From: an uncultured bacterium
GTDB lineage: Bacteria; Patescibacteriota; Minisyncoccia; Phycocordibacterales; GCA-2401445
DNA: 64,000 nucleotides
Assembly (NCBI GenBank): GCA_937952265.1
Contig: CALFYW010000055.1
Span: 149,030 to 213,029 of the forward strand
Reading direction: 5' to 3'
Shown here in pieces: positions 49,437 through 59,441 of the stretch. Each line of letters starts with the position of its first letter. Position 1 is the first letter of the stretch. The position numbers and the translations under genes were made by a program. The notes beneath the pieces were generated by a model, which was given only the letters and a program-made list of their open reading frames with translations, was not told where the DNA came from and made no database searches.

Positions 49437-49997
49437 CTACTGTCCAATTGAAAGGCGCACGAAACGGCTTACTTTAATGCGTTCTCCGAATTTTTGGATT
49501 GCGCGCTCAATAAGGTCCGCGACGCGTAAATCTGGATGCTTGATGGTCGATTGTTCGAGCAGAATATGCTGTTTTAAGATCGATTCAACTTTCTCTTCAA
49601 GAGCTTCTCCTTTCTCTGATAGTGATTCCCGAATCTTTAAAACTTCTTCCTCAGGAACCTCAGATCGATCGATAAATTTAGGGTTCATCGCCGCAACCTG
49701 CATTGCAATCTCATGCGCGAGTTCTTTAAAATCCTCATTACGCGCCACGAAATCAGTTTCTGAAGAGAGTTCTACGAGCGCACCAAGCGCTCCATTCTGA
49801 TGCACATAAGATTCGATAATTCCTGCTCCCAAATCTCGATCTGCTTTCTTCGCGGCAAGCTCGCTCCCACGACTTAAAAGCACCGCGAGTGCCTTCTCTA
49901 TATCTCCACCAGTCTCCTCGAGTGCCTTTTTGCACTGCATCACCGATACTCCAGTCTGATCACGCAATTTTTTTATATCTTCAATACGCGGTTCCAT
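49437..49997 (-). CDS. tsf: Elongation factor Ts (short form)
   Basis: UBA-like N-terminus (IKKLRDQTGVSVMQCKKALEETGGDIEKA) and EF-Ts core (ALVELSSETDFVARNE). Downstream of rpsB. Confidence 0.85.
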   Translation of the reverse strand: MEPRIEDIKKLRDQTGVSVMQCKKALEETGGDIEKALAVLLSRGSELAAKKADRDLGAGIIESYVHQNGALGALVELSSETDFVARNEDFKELAHEIAMQVAAMNPKFIDRSEVPEEEVLKIRESLSEKGEALEEKVESILKQHILLEQSTIKHPDLRVADLIERAIQKFGERIKVSRFVRLSIGQ

Positions 49998-50011
49998 AAC
50001 CCTACACACGC

Positions 50012-50719
50012 TTATGCTGGCGTCTTTTCACCATGCTGATAAGCATTAACCAAATAACCAAGTACCAATGCGATACTCTGTCGAGATGCATCATTACCAA
50101 TAACCGGATACGTAATGGTGGAGAGATTGCAGTCAGAGTTTGCAAGGGCGACAATAGGAATTTTCTTTTGTAGCGCTTCACGAACGGCTATAGACTCGTA
50201 ATCTGGATCAACCACAACGAGTGCCGCTGGCATATCCTTCATTAAAAGCAAGCCGGAAAAATGCTCTCCCAGCTCTTCAATTTCCCGATCAAGTAAAAGC
50301 TGTTCTCGTTTCGTATATTTTCGAGCAAGTTCTCCATTAGCTTTTTGTTCGCGCAACATGGTGAGTCGTTCCACCCGTTTTTTAATTTCAGAAAAATTAG
50401 TAAGCGTTCCTCCAAGCCATCGCGTTGCTACAAAAGGCATACCGAGCTTCTCTGCGCTCGCGCTAATTGCGTGCCGTGCTTCGTGTTTTCCCCCAACAAA
50501 AAGAACCTGCTTTTTCTTCTGTCCTAAAGAAAAAAGAAATTCGGATGCTTTTTGAAGATGCTTTTGGGTTGCCTCTAGATTTATGATTTCAGTTCTATTT
50601 TTGACTCCAAAAATGAAAGGCGTCGTACTTGGGTGCCGTCGTGATTTCAAATTGCCAAAATGAACCCCCGCCTCAAAAAGGGATTTCAACTCATTTTCTA
50701 CTGTCTCTTGTTTTTCCAT
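50012..50719 (-). CDS. rpsB: 30S ribosomal protein S2
   Basis: GVHFGNLKSRRHP...IFVGGKHEA matches the uS2 pattern. Confidence 0.92.
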   Translation of the reverse strand: MEKQETVENELKSLFEAGVHFGNLKSRRHPSTTPFIFGVKNRTEIINLEATQKHLQKASEFLFSLGQKKKQVLFVGGKHEARHAISASAEKLGMPFVATRWLGGTLTNFSEIKKRVERLTMLREQKANGELARKYTKREQLLLDREIEELGEHFSGLLLMKDMPAALVVVDPDYESIAVREALQKKIPIVALANSDCNLSTITYPVIGNDASRQSIALVLGYLVNAYQHGEKTPA

Positions 50720-50742
50720 GTGATAGAGAGTTTAACACACTA

Positions 50743-51714
50743 TTACGGTGTACGCAATTCATCGCCAGCGTCTTTATAGCTAAGGATCGCTTCAATGACA
50801 GGGTCTAATTTACCCCCCAAAATAGCCTCGATATTATGCCATGTCTTTTTTATTCGATGGTCAGTTACGCGGTCTTGAAGCACATTATAGGTTCTGATCT
50901 TCTCTGATCGGCTTCCAGTTCCAATCTGATCTCGACGCTCTTTCGCAAGAGAGGCTTGTTCTTTCTCTTGTATTTCCCGTGTAAGTTTTGCGGAGAGAAT
51001 TTGCAGTGCTTTCTCCCGATTTTTCTGCTGACTGCGCTCAGACGTACAACGAACATCAATACCTGAAGGCTTATGAATAATGCGAACCGCGGTTTCTACC
51101 TTATTCACATTTTGACCTCCCGCACCTCCAGATCGAGAAAACTCAATCTCTAAATCTTGTGGGTTAATGGTTATTTCGCTCTTTTCATGCAAAGGCAAAA
51201 TAGCGACTGATGCGGTAGAGGTATGCACACGACCTGATTTTTCAGTAGCGGGAACACGCTGAATTCGATGCACTCCGGTTTCGTATTGGAGACGAGCATA
51301 GACCTCCGCACCTGTAATTTCAAGCACAACTTCTTTGGCTCCTCCTAACGCGCTTAACGATTCGTTCACAAGACTTACTCCCCAACCCATTGATTCAGCA
51401 TACCGCTCATACATTTCCCGAAGTGTGTGCGCAAAGAAAGCGGCCTCCTCACCTCCTGCTCCGGCACGTATCTCCATGATAATCTTCTTTACTCCCGTAC
51501 CGGTAACATCTGCTTCTCCTTTTAGAATCTTGTCCATCTGCTCAATAAGCAAGTTCTTATCCCGCTCAACAATCTGGATCTCCTCTTGAGCAAGCTCATT
51601 AAAGCCTGATTCTTTTGACAAGAGTTTCAGTTCTTCTTCTTTTTTCATTAACGCTTCAAGTTGTGTCGCGAGAAAACTTGTTCGTTTATCTTTCTTATAT
51701 GCACTAATGTCCAT
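50743..51714 (-). CDS. prfA: Peptide chain release factor 1
   Basis: GGQ motif ([11 protein letters not shown]) and PAT tripeptide ([14 protein letters not shown]), which indicates RF1 rather than RF2. Confidence 0.88.
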   Translation of the reverse strand: MDISAYKKDKRTSFLATQLEALMKKEEELKLLSKESGFNELAQEEIQIVERDKNLLIEQMDKILKGEADVTGTGVKKIIMEIRAGAGGEEAAFFAHTLREMYERYAESMGWGVSLVNESLSALGGAKEVVLEITGAEVYARLQYETGVHRIQRVPATEKSGRVHTSTASVAILPLHEKSEITINPQDLEIEFSRSGGAGGQNVNKVETAVRIIHKPSGIDVRCTSERSQQKNREKALQILSAKLTREIQEKEQASLAKERRDQIGTGSRSEKIRTYNVLQDRVTDHRIKKTWHNIEAILGGKLDPVIEAILSYKDAGDELRTP

Positions 51715-51750
51715 AAAAACTCTCCCAGATCACTGGAAGTCATAAGGAGT

Positions 51751-52038
51751 TTATTCAGAAACTTTGGATGATTTTTTCTTTGGAGTACGTACCGCTTGCT
51801 TCGCGCGCATTTTGAATTTTTCAACACGACCCGCACGATCAAGCACTTTATCGGTCCCTGTGTAAAAAGGGTGGGAAGCAGCAGAAACCTCAACCCGATA
51901 CAATGGATATTCTTCTCCATCAGTCCAGGTGCCTTTTTCCTCGGTCTCAATAGTTGAATGCAGTAAAAAACGCTCATCACTTGCATTATCAACAAATATC
52001 ACGGGGCGATAATTTTTTGGATGGATCTCCTTTTTCAT
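51751..52038 (-). CDS. rpmE: 50S ribosomal protein L31, type B (non-zinc)
   Basis: MKKEIHPKNY...HPFYTG. Confidence 0.88.
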   Translation of the reverse strand: MKKEIHPKNYRPVIFVDNASDERFLLHSTIETEEKGTWTDGEEYPLYRVEVSAASHPFYTGTDKVLDRAGRVEKFKMRAKQAVRTPKKKSSKVSE

Positions 52039-52084
52039 AAAAAAATAGTATACCAGCGTAACCCCCTGTTTGCAACCTTACGCG

Positions 52085-53434
52085 CTAAAAGAGTTCAAGC
52101 GGATCAATCATCTCCTCTTGTATACGTTGGGCAATTTTCATCACCCCTTCCCCATAGAAAGAATTACGCGGTGTCCGGTTATCACAGCTTCTCCCTGAAT
52201 AATACCTACACGCGGCATCTTTCTCCGCACTGTATGTTTTCGCATCTGCGCCAAGATCACTTAAATAAATGGCTGATGCGGTAATCGCATCAATTGGCTC
52301 CCAAGGGCTTGGTGGGTGGTGAGATGTTGCATTTGCAATTCTGTCTTGAAAAATCTCCCACGTAGAAGGAATGAACTGTGCGGGCCCCATAGCACCTCCC
52401 CACCCATTTCCCCATGGACACGAGAGCGGCATGGTATTCGGATCAAGCCCCAACCCTTTCGTAATACGTAAATAAGGTTCATGGTCTCGTGTTGGCTTCA
52501 TGATTTCTTTCCAGCTTTTAGACGGAGGGTCTCCCGGGCGATTACAGGTGCCAACATTCTCACCCAAATTTGATTCTTGTGTTAAAATCGCTAAGACAAA
52601 AGCTGGTCGCACTCCTGTTCTCTCTGAGGCTAATCGAGCAAATTCAAGCGCTTCTCCAAAAGGAATAGCTGCGGAATCGCGGAGCGCGAAAAGCGCGCTT
52701 CTAATTTCTGCGGCGCGAGCCTCGCGAGCCTCAAGTACTGATTTATACGTAGCCTCCTCTTTCTTATTCAACGAAAGAAGAGACTGTTTTTGTTTCTCGC
52801 TTGTCTCGATTTGTCGTTTCTTTGATTCAATTTCAACACGAGCATCAATTTCAGCACGTTGAGTAACCGCCAGTGATTCACGCTCTTGTTCGGTAAGTGA
52901 TCGGGTTGAAACAAGTTCTTCAAATAAATTTGAAAGAGAAGATTTAAGCGTTGCGAATGAATCAACGTCAACCAAAAAAGCAGAGAGGTTCTTGTTACTT
53001 AGGATGATTTCTGGAAGGGTAAATGATCCTAATTCATTCGTCTCTCTAATCAGGTGGGAGAGCGTTTCCTGGCCACGAAGCATTTTATCTTCAAGCTGAG
53101 TGATGGTCTCATTTTTAACCCCAATATCCTCTCCTAATTGATTGATTCTGATGTTTTTTGCTCGGATACTCAAACGAGCCTCACTAATTTGAGCATTTAA
53201 AATAGCGATGTCTCGTTCAATGGAAGCGGTTTCCCTCTGTTTGTTGTGCAGAATACCTAACTGCACTTCAATTTCTCTCTCAAGTGCTGCTAATTCATTC
53301 CTCAACTCTTGCTCTCGTTGAGATACTGCGTCGGACGCAGACTGTCCAAATACTTTAGTGTTAGAAAAAAAGGGGAAAAAGAGTAACCCTAAGAAACACA
53401 CAACAAAAAAAAGATTCGTTATTTTTCTTCCCAT
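52085..53434 (-). CDS. Secreted coiled-coil protein with C-terminal lytic transglycosylase (SLT-like) domain
   Basis: Signal peptide/TM, roughly 250 aa of heptad-rich coiled coil, then ILTQESNLGEN (catalytic ES) and GAMGPAQFIPSTW blocks typical of SLT/lysozyme-like folds. Confidence 0.7.
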   Translation of the reverse strand: MGRKITNLFFVVCFLGLLFFPFFSNTKVFGQSASDAVSQREQELRNELAALEREIEVQLGILHNKQRETASIERDIAILNAQISEARLSIRAKNIRINQLGEDIGVKNETITQLEDKMLRGQETLSHLIRETNELGSFTLPEIILSNKNLSAFLVDVDSFATLKSSLSNLFEELVSTRSLTEQERESLAVTQRAEIDARVEIESKKRQIETSEKQKQSLLSLNKKEEATYKSVLEAREARAAEIRSALFALRDSAAIPFGEALEFARLASERTGVRPAFVLAILTQESNLGENVGTCNRPGDPPSKSWKEIMKPTRDHEPYLRITKGLGLDPNTMPLSCPWGNGWGGAMGPAQFIPSTWEIFQDRIANATSHHPPSPWEPIDAITASAIYLSDLGADAKTYSAEKDAACRYYSGRSCDNRTPRNSFYGEGVMKIAQRIQEEMIDPLELF

Positions 53435-53472
53435 ATGGTAACGATTTTTTAGAACACCTTGTTCAAACCAAA

Positions 53473-54123
53473 CTATTTTGAATCCCCTTCGCTTTGAGCT
53501 TCTGGCGCAGATTCTTCCTTACCACGTTTCTCTACTTCAATTGAGGAAATATCTACCGGCTCAGCCTCTTCTTTCTCTTCTCGATATTCAGTTACTAATG
53601 CAACCACTTCTTCAGGGTCTTGAAGCGCGACAACGCCCGAAGGAAGCTTAATGTCTTTGATCAAGATACGACTTTCAAAGTTAATCAGTGTATCCACCGG
53701 AACGCTGATTTCATGAGGAAGTGCCATAGGATCAGCTTCTACTTCAAGTTCATGAATTACTTTTACTAACGTCCCCCCTAAATCTTTAACTGCTGGTGCG
53801 GTACCAGTAAACACCAACGGGGTCTCGATCCTTACTTTCTTTCCCTTCTCAATAACGTAAAAATCGACATGGCGCATTTCTTCAGTAACAGGGTCTCGAT
53901 CAATATCATGGATCAAAACTGGAATTTTCCGTTCTCCCGTATCAAGCGTAATCACCAAAGATTCACCCGCCTCTTTCCAAATTTTTAAAAAATCAGCAGA
54001 AGAAACCCCGATCGCTGTTGATGGTTCCACTCTGCCATAAAAAACCGCGGGCAACTGCCCTGATCCACGGAATGCCTTTAATTTACCCCTTACTTCTCGA
54101 GGCTGAACGGCTAACGTATACAT
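53473..54123 (-). CDS. rplY: 50S ribosomal protein L25 / general stress protein Ctc
   Basis: bL25 beta-barrel N-terminus (REVRGKLKAFRGSGQLPAVFYG) plus Ctc-type C-terminal domain and acidic tail. Confidence 0.85.
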   Translation of the reverse strand: MYTLAVQPREVRGKLKAFRGSGQLPAVFYGRVEPSTAIGVSSADFLKIWKEAGESLVITLDTGERKIPVLIHDIDRDPVTEEMRHVDFYVIEKGKKVRIETPLVFTGTAPAVKDLGGTLVKVIHELEVEADPMALPHEISVPVDTLINFESRILIKDIKLPSGVVALQDPEEVVALVTEYREEKEEAEPVDISSIEVEKRGKEESAPEAQSEGDSK

Positions 54124-54159
54124 GCCCTGAGTATACTAAAGATAGGTAAAAAATCAAGA

Positions 54160-55029
54160 TTAGGAAGATTGATTGAAAAGAGAAAGTCTCTCCTTTACTG
54201 CTTTTTGAACCGCTAATAAGGGGTTTTTTAAAATTCTATATGGAGCAATCTCGTCTGGATCATCTTGAAGAGATTTTTTGAGCGCGTCTCGATACGCAAC
54301 CCTGATTTCAGTATTAATGTGAACGATACTAATACCTGATTTAATTGCTTTCACAAAGTCATCGTCGGAAATCCCTGAACCGCCATGCAAAACGAGAGGA
54401 ACGCCGGCACTCTGGCGAATTTCTTGAATACGGGTTGTGTGTATCGCGGGGTTTTTTCCATGGGTAAGCATGCCATGTAGATTTCCTACTGCGGGAGCCA
54501 GAAGGTCAATTCCTGTCTTTTTTACAAAATCTTGGGCAACTTCTGGTTTCGTAAGTACCGAGTCCTCAAACTCGACTCCTTCGGGAATCTCTGAAAGCAA
54601 TTTTGAAGAATGACCGATATTCCCCAATTCAGCTTCAATCAAGATATCGGGGTTTACCTCTCGCGCGTAGGCGACCACTTTTTTTGTGATCTCTATATTT
54701 TCTTCAACCGAGATTTTGGTTCCATCAAAGATTACCGCGTCATATCCAGCATCAATTGCTTCTTTTGCCCGATCAAATGAATACGTATGGTCCGCATTAA
54801 GGAAAATCGGAAAATCAAACTCTTCTCGTAAGCTTTTTACAAGTGCTACTGCTTGACGCACTCCCACAAAATCTCGTTCTCCTTCTGAAGTACCAATAAT
54901 GACCGGAACTTTAAGTTCTTGTGCCGCGCGAAAGATCCCCCATAATGCCTCGAGGTTTGAGATATTAAAATGACCAACCGCTACCTTATTTGATTCCGCG
55001 TCTTTAATAATTTCTCGAAGTGTTTTCAT
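54160..55029 (-). CDS. fba: Class II fructose-bisphosphate aldolase
   Basis: VAVGHFNISNLE, LNADHTYSF and VLHGGSGISDDD metal-binding TIM-barrel motifs. Confidence 0.9.
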   Translation of the reverse strand: MKTLREIIKDAESNKVAVGHFNISNLEALWGIFRAAQELKVPVIIGTSEGERDFVGVRQAVALVKSLREEFDFPIFLNADHTYSFDRAKEAIDAGYDAVIFDGTKISVEENIEITKKVVAYAREVNPDILIEAELGNIGHSSKLLSEIPEGVEFEDSVLTKPEVAQDFVKKTGIDLLAPAVGNLHGMLTHGKNPAIHTTRIQEIRQSAGVPLVLHGGSGISDDDFVKAIKSGISIVHINTEIRVAYRDALKKSLQDDPDEIAPYRILKNPLLAVQKAVKERLSLFNQSS

Positions 55030-55114
55030 ACTGACATTGTAGCATAAAAACTAATTCGTGGAGCGAATATGTTATACTGGGTGCATTATCCTATTAACTA
55101 ACGACTCAAAAAAA

Positions 55115-56116
55115 ATGGAGCAAAAAGAAATTGACTTCCTTGCATTAGGAGACATTGTTACTGACGCGTTCATTCGTATTAAAGATGCAAAAGTCCATTG
55201 TGATGTAAATCGATCTAACTGCGAGCTTTGCGTACGCTTTGGAGACAAAATCCCTTATGAAGCCGTATACGAAGTGCGCGCGGTAGGTAATAGTCCGAAC
55301 GCAGCAGTATCCGCACACCGCCTTGGACTCAATGCGTCCCTTATCACTGATATTGGGAATGACCGCCATGGTGAAGAAATCATGGAACAACTCACCACCG
55401 AGGGAATTGATCTTACCTATGTCCGAAAACACGAGGACATGGAATCAAATTACCATTATGTACTCTGGTATGAAGAAGAGCGCACGATCTTGGTAAAACA
55501 CCAAACATACCCTTACCAATTTCCTTCCTTGGATAGAGAGGTTAAATGGCTCTATCTCAGCTCGCTTGCTGAAAACTCCCTGCCTTATCATGAAAAAATT
55601 GCTGATTTCCTTGAGGCTTCCCCTCATACCAAACTCGCATTTCAGCCGGGCACTTTCCAAATGAAGCTCGGCAAAGATAAACTGAAACGCTTATACCAGG
55701 CGTCCGAGATTTTCTTCTGTAACCGAGAGGAAGCAAAACGTATTCTTAAAACTGAAACTAACGAGATTAAAGATCTTTTAACTCAGATGCGTGACTTGGG
55801 CCCAAAAATAGTAGTGATTACTGATGGCCCTAAAGGTGCATATGTATTTGATGGAGAGACCATGCTCCATGGACCAATGTATCCTGACCCAAAACCACCG
55901 GTAGATCGAACTGGTGCGGGAGATTCATTTTCCTCCACCTTTACCGCAGCGCTCGCACTTGGAGAGACGCTTGAAACCGCGCTTCTATGGGGGCCGATTA
56001 ATTCAATGTCAGTCGTTCAAGAGGTTGGGGCACAAAAAGGACTCCTCTCACGAGAGAAACTTGAAAATTACCTTAAAGAAGCACCAAAAGACTACACTCC
56101 TAAAAATATTGGGTAA
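55115..56116 (+). CDS. PfkB-family carbohydrate/nucleoside kinase. ORF track start is 55058; Met at 55115 is preferred.
   Basis: Ribokinase-fold motifs LGDIVTD and the C-terminal DRTGAGDSF signature. Confidence 0.8.
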   Translation: MEQKEIDFLALGDIVTDAFIRIKDAKVHCDVNRSNCELCVRFGDKIPYEAVYEVRAVGNSPNAAVSAHRLGLNASLITDIGNDRHGEEIMEQLTTEGIDLTYVRKHEDMESNYHYVLWYEEERTILVKHQTYPYQFPSLDREVKWLYLSSLAENSLPYHEKIADFLEASPHTKLAFQPGTFQMKLGKDKLKRLYQASEIFFCNREEAKRILKTETNEIKDLLTQMRDLGPKIVVITDGPKGAYVFDGETMLHGPMYPDPKPPVDRTGAGDSFSSTFTAALALGETLETALLWGPINSMSVVQEVGAQKGLLSREKLENYLKEAPKDYTPKNIG

Positions 56117-56118
56117 TA

Positions 56119-56394
56119 TTAACTTTCCTTCTGCTTCCTCCTCACTTTACGAGTGTAATGGAGCCAGGAAGGACCTAGAGATATGCTGTCCTCAATATCT
56201 TTCCATTCTGAACGAGAGAAGGTGGCTTTAGTGTCTTTTTCTATTCGAGCTCCAATTTTTGCAACTGCTTTTTGAAGTTCAAAAAGAGATACAATCATGT
56301 GCGCGAGGACTTCATCACGTTGTTGATCTGACAATTCTTCATGGAGGATCTTCTGAAATCGAGCCACTTCCTTTTTTGAAATCGAGATCTTCAT
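56119..56394 (-). CDS. Hypothetical small protein (91 aa)
   Basis: ORF only; downstream of the transketolase C-terminal subunit. Confidence 0.4.
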   Translation of the reverse strand: MKISISKKEVARFQKILHEELSDQQRDEVLAHMIVSLFELQKAVAKIGARIEKDTKATFSRSEWKDIEDSISLGPSWLHYTRKVRRKQKES

Positions 56395-56400
56395 ACTTAC

Positions 56401-57390
56401 CTACGAAAGCACTCGCCGAACCGCATCGGTAATTCCTCTCTCATCCATACCATAGTGTGAGATTAATTCATCCGGAGTCCCTGATTGACCAAACACATCA
56501 CGAACTCCAACAAACTGGATTGGGGTGGGCAGATTTTCTACTAAACACTCCGCCACCGCACTTCCAAGCCCACCAGCAACCTGATGCTCCTCCACGGTAA
56601 CTAACCTTCGCGCATCACGCGCGAAGGAAATAATTCCTTTCTTATCAAGAGGTTTTATCGTAGAAACATTCAACACCGAGATTCTCACTCCTTCTTTCTC
56701 TAATGCTTGCGCTACCATGAGTGCTTGATATACCAGAGCGCCAGTAACAATAATACCTACTTCTGCTTTCCCTTCTCGAGGTTTAAAAAGGAGAGATGCC
56801 TTTCCGATCTCAAAAGGGGTTGCTTCAGTGGTAATGATTGGAGTTTTTTCACGCGCCAGTCGAATGTATGTTGGGTGAGGAGTTTTTGCGGCTTCCATAG
56901 TTGCCTTTTTTGCCTCAATAGCATCACAAGGAGAAATCACTGTCATTCGAGGGATGACTCTCATAATAGCCATATCCTCGATCGCCTGGTGCGTACCGCC
57001 ATCAGGCCCTACTGAAACTCCCGCGTGTGATCCCGCGATCTTCACCGGTTGATCGTTATAACATGCGGTTGTTCGGATCTGCTCCCAATTCCGACCAGGA
57101 GAAAACATGGCATAGGAGGTAATGAAAGGTATTTTCCCCATAGCCGCCATACCTGACGCCACTGCGGCTAAATTTTGCTCCGCGACACCAATCTGAACGA
57201 AACGATTGGGAAATTCCTTTGCAAAAAGATCTGTTTTAGTTGAACCAGTAAGATCCGCGCACAATGCAACGATACGCTCATCCACTCTCCCCGCCTCAAG
57301 GAGTCCTTTCCCATACCCTTCTCGAATTGGCGCTTGCTCAACATCAGTATCAAAAATTTTCGGATTTAATTTTAATTCTTGAGGAATCAT
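56401..57390 (-). CDS. Transketolase, C-terminal subunit (split transketolase). ORF track start is 57447; Met at 57390 is preferred.
   Basis: Pyrimidine-binding and C-terminal domains (RFVQIGVAEQNLAAVASGMAAMGKIPF...GPDGGTHQAIEDMAIMR). Confidence 0.88.
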   Translation of the reverse strand: MIPQELKLNPKIFDTDVEQAPIREGYGKGLLEAGRVDERIVALCADLTGSTKTDLFAKEFPNRFVQIGVAEQNLAAVASGMAAMGKIPFITSYAMFSPGRNWEQIRTTACYNDQPVKIAGSHAGVSVGPDGGTHQAIEDMAIMRVIPRMTVISPCDAIEAKKATMEAAKTPHPTYIRLAREKTPIITTEATPFEIGKASLLFKPREGKAEVGIIVTGALVYQALMVAQALEKEGVRISVLNVSTIKPLDKKGIISFARDARRLVTVEEHQVAGGLGSAVAECLVENLPTPIQFVGVRDVFGQSGTPDELISHYGMDERGITDAVRRVLS

Positions 57391-57400
57391 AACAACAAAG

Positions 57401-58276
57401 CTAGCTATTTTCACTAATAATTCTACCTTCGAGGCTACGGAGCGCATCGAGTGCTATTTTTGCTTCTTCGGTATTAGGTGGTTTTCCATGCCACTCATAT
57501 TTACGTTCAAAAGCAGGAACGCCTTTCCCGGGAATAGTATTCGCGAGAATCATTGTTGGACGGTTAAAGACAGCTTGCGCTTGTTCAACCGCGTCAACAA
57601 TTTCTTCAAAATTGTGACCATCAATTTCAAGTACGTGCCAATTCCACGCTTCCCATTTTGCCTTGAGTGGCTCAAGCGGCATTACATCCTCAGTGTACCC
57701 GTCGATCTGAATATTGTTGCGATCCATAATTGCAATTAAGTTATGGACTCCTTCTTTCCCCGCAAGCATTCCTGCCTCCCAAATATTTCCCGCATCCATC
57801 TCTCCGTCACTAACTAAGCAATAGAAGAATTTTGATGAAGACGTTCCGTGGTCAATACGATCCGCGAGTGCCATACCGAGAGCTTGCGAAAGCCCTGATC
57901 CAAGAGGACCCGAACTGGTCTCAATTCCGGGAAGCCATTCTCGATGCGGATGCCCTTGGAGTCGGGAAGAAAACTTACGCAACGTCATAAGCTCTTTAAC
58001 AGGAAAATAACCCGCATGTGCCATCGTTGCGTAAAGAACGGGGCAAATATGTCCATTTGAGAGAATTACGCGATCTCGATCCTCCCATTCAGGGTTTTTA
58101 GGATTGTGTTTTAAGATATGGAAATAGAGCGCCGTAAACACGTCCGCCATCCCAAGTGGACCTGCAGTGTGCCCAGACCCCGCCTCAAGAAGCATTTCTA
58201 TAATTGATTTCCTTATCTCGTTTGAAACATGGACTAACTTTTTCTTCTTTTCTTCATCAAGCATAAGTCTCTCCAA
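57401..58276 (-). CDS. Transketolase, N-terminal subunit (TPP-binding)
   Basis: SGHTAGPLGMADVFTAL TPP motif and GDG-type motif (VSDGEMDAGNIWEA). Confidence 0.9.
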   Translation of the reverse strand: MERLMLDEEKKKKLVHVSNEIRKSIIEMLLEAGSGHTAGPLGMADVFTALYFHILKHNPKNPEWEDRDRVILSNGHICPVLYATMAHAGYFPVKELMTLRKFSSRLQGHPHREWLPGIETSSGPLGSGLSQALGMALADRIDHGTSSSKFFYCLVSDGEMDAGNIWEAGMLAGKEGVHNLIAIMDRNNIQIDGYTEDVMPLEPLKAKWEAWNWHVLEIDGHNFEEIVDAVEQAQAVFNRPTMILANTIPGKGVPAFERKYEWHGKPPNTEEAKIALDALRSLEGRIISENS

Positions 58277-58946
58277 TAGTTTTAAATTGAGCTAATGTTT
58301 TTTCAAAATTACCACTATGAAGCAGTGCGGATCCCGAAACTAAGCGCCGTGCCCCAGCGTTAAGGAGTTTCTCTGCCGTACCCAAACTCACTCCTCCATC
58401 AACACTTATTATAAGTTCTGATCTGTGTTTTCGCAAAAGGTTGATCTGCTCCACTACTCGATCATCAAACGCTTCGCCTTGATATCCAATTCGAGCAATA
58501 CCCATACACTGAACAAAATCGATATCCTCAAGATACGGGACCACCTCATTCACTGAGGTATCAAGGCCAAGCGCAATTCCAATTTCAGTATCTGAACCCG
58601 ACTCTCGAATCATCTTCAAAATACTCCTCATCTCCTTGGTGCTTTCAATATGCACAATGATACGCTTCACCCCTAGCGCGAGCCAGAGGTCCATCACCTC
58701 TTCGGGTCTTTCAATCATGAGATCAATCTCGTAAGAGAGGCCTGCGTACAAAGGAAGTCTTTTTCCTTGATCAAGAAAATTTTTAAGGCCCTCTCCGGTA
58801 TATGGCCAACTCACCGAAGGAGTAAAACGTCCATCTACCACATCAATCTGCATTACTGAGACTGACCCGCTAACCTGTTTTGCAATACGGGCAATCGTCT
58901 CAAAAGAGTTAGGGATCACGGCTGGAATAATTTCAATGCTACCCAT
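58257..58946 (-). CDS. rpe: Ribulose-phosphate 3-epimerase
   Basis: MQIDVVDGRFTPSVSW, plus a TIM barrel with its metal-binding His/Asp pattern. Confidence 0.88.
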   Translation of the reverse strand: MGSIEIIPAVIPNSFETIARIAKQVSGSVSVMQIDVVDGRFTPSVSWPYTGEGLKNFLDQGKRLPLYAGLSYEIDLMIERPEEVMDLWLALGVKRIIVHIESTKEMRSILKMIRESGSDTEIGIALGLDTSVNEVVPYLEDIDFVQCMGIARIGYQGEAFDDRVVEQINLLRKHRSELIISVDGGVSLGTAEKLLNAGARRLVSGSALLHSGNFEKTLAQFKTIGETYA

Positions 58947-59409
58947 ACCGTTCTATCTTTTTTATACGACGAATATGGCGTTCTTCTTCTGAAAATGGTG
59001 TTTGGAGCCAGATCTGAAGCGCTTCTTTGGCATCCGCTTCATCCAAGAAACGAGCTCCCAAAGAAAGAATGTTTGCATTATTGTGCTCTCGAGATACCAC
59101 TATCTCATGAGGCACACTACGCCCATCTTTAGGTTCATACTGTCCATTAAATACTACCGCTCGAATTCCCGAGATCCGATTTGCGGCAATGGCTTCTCCT
59201 TGACCAGAACCGCCGATCACCACACCTCGTGATGAAGCATCAGAGGAAACGGCGTTGGCGGTTGGAAAAATAAAATCGGGATAATCATCTTCTGGATCAT
59301 ACTCATGAGCGCCATGATCTTCTACTTCATGTCCCATCTCTTTAAGGAAAGGGATCAGTTTTTCTTTCAGCTCAAAGCCAGCATGGTCAGCACCAATATG
59401 TATCTTCAT
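58939..59409 (-). CDS. rpiB: Ribose-5-phosphate isomerase B
   Basis: MKIHIGADHAGFELKE and VIGGSGQGEAIAANR match the RpiB/LacAB family. Confidence 0.9.
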   Translation of the reverse strand: MKIHIGADHAGFELKEKLIPFLKEMGHEVEDHGAHEYDPEDDYPDFIFPTANAVSSDASSRGVVIGGSGQGEAIAANRISGIRAVVFNGQYEPKDGRSVPHEIVVSREHNNANILSLGARFLDEADAKEALQIWLQTPFSEEERHIRRIKKIERYG

Positions 59410-59441
59410 ACCACTATTTTACTATGAAGTATGGTAAGCGT

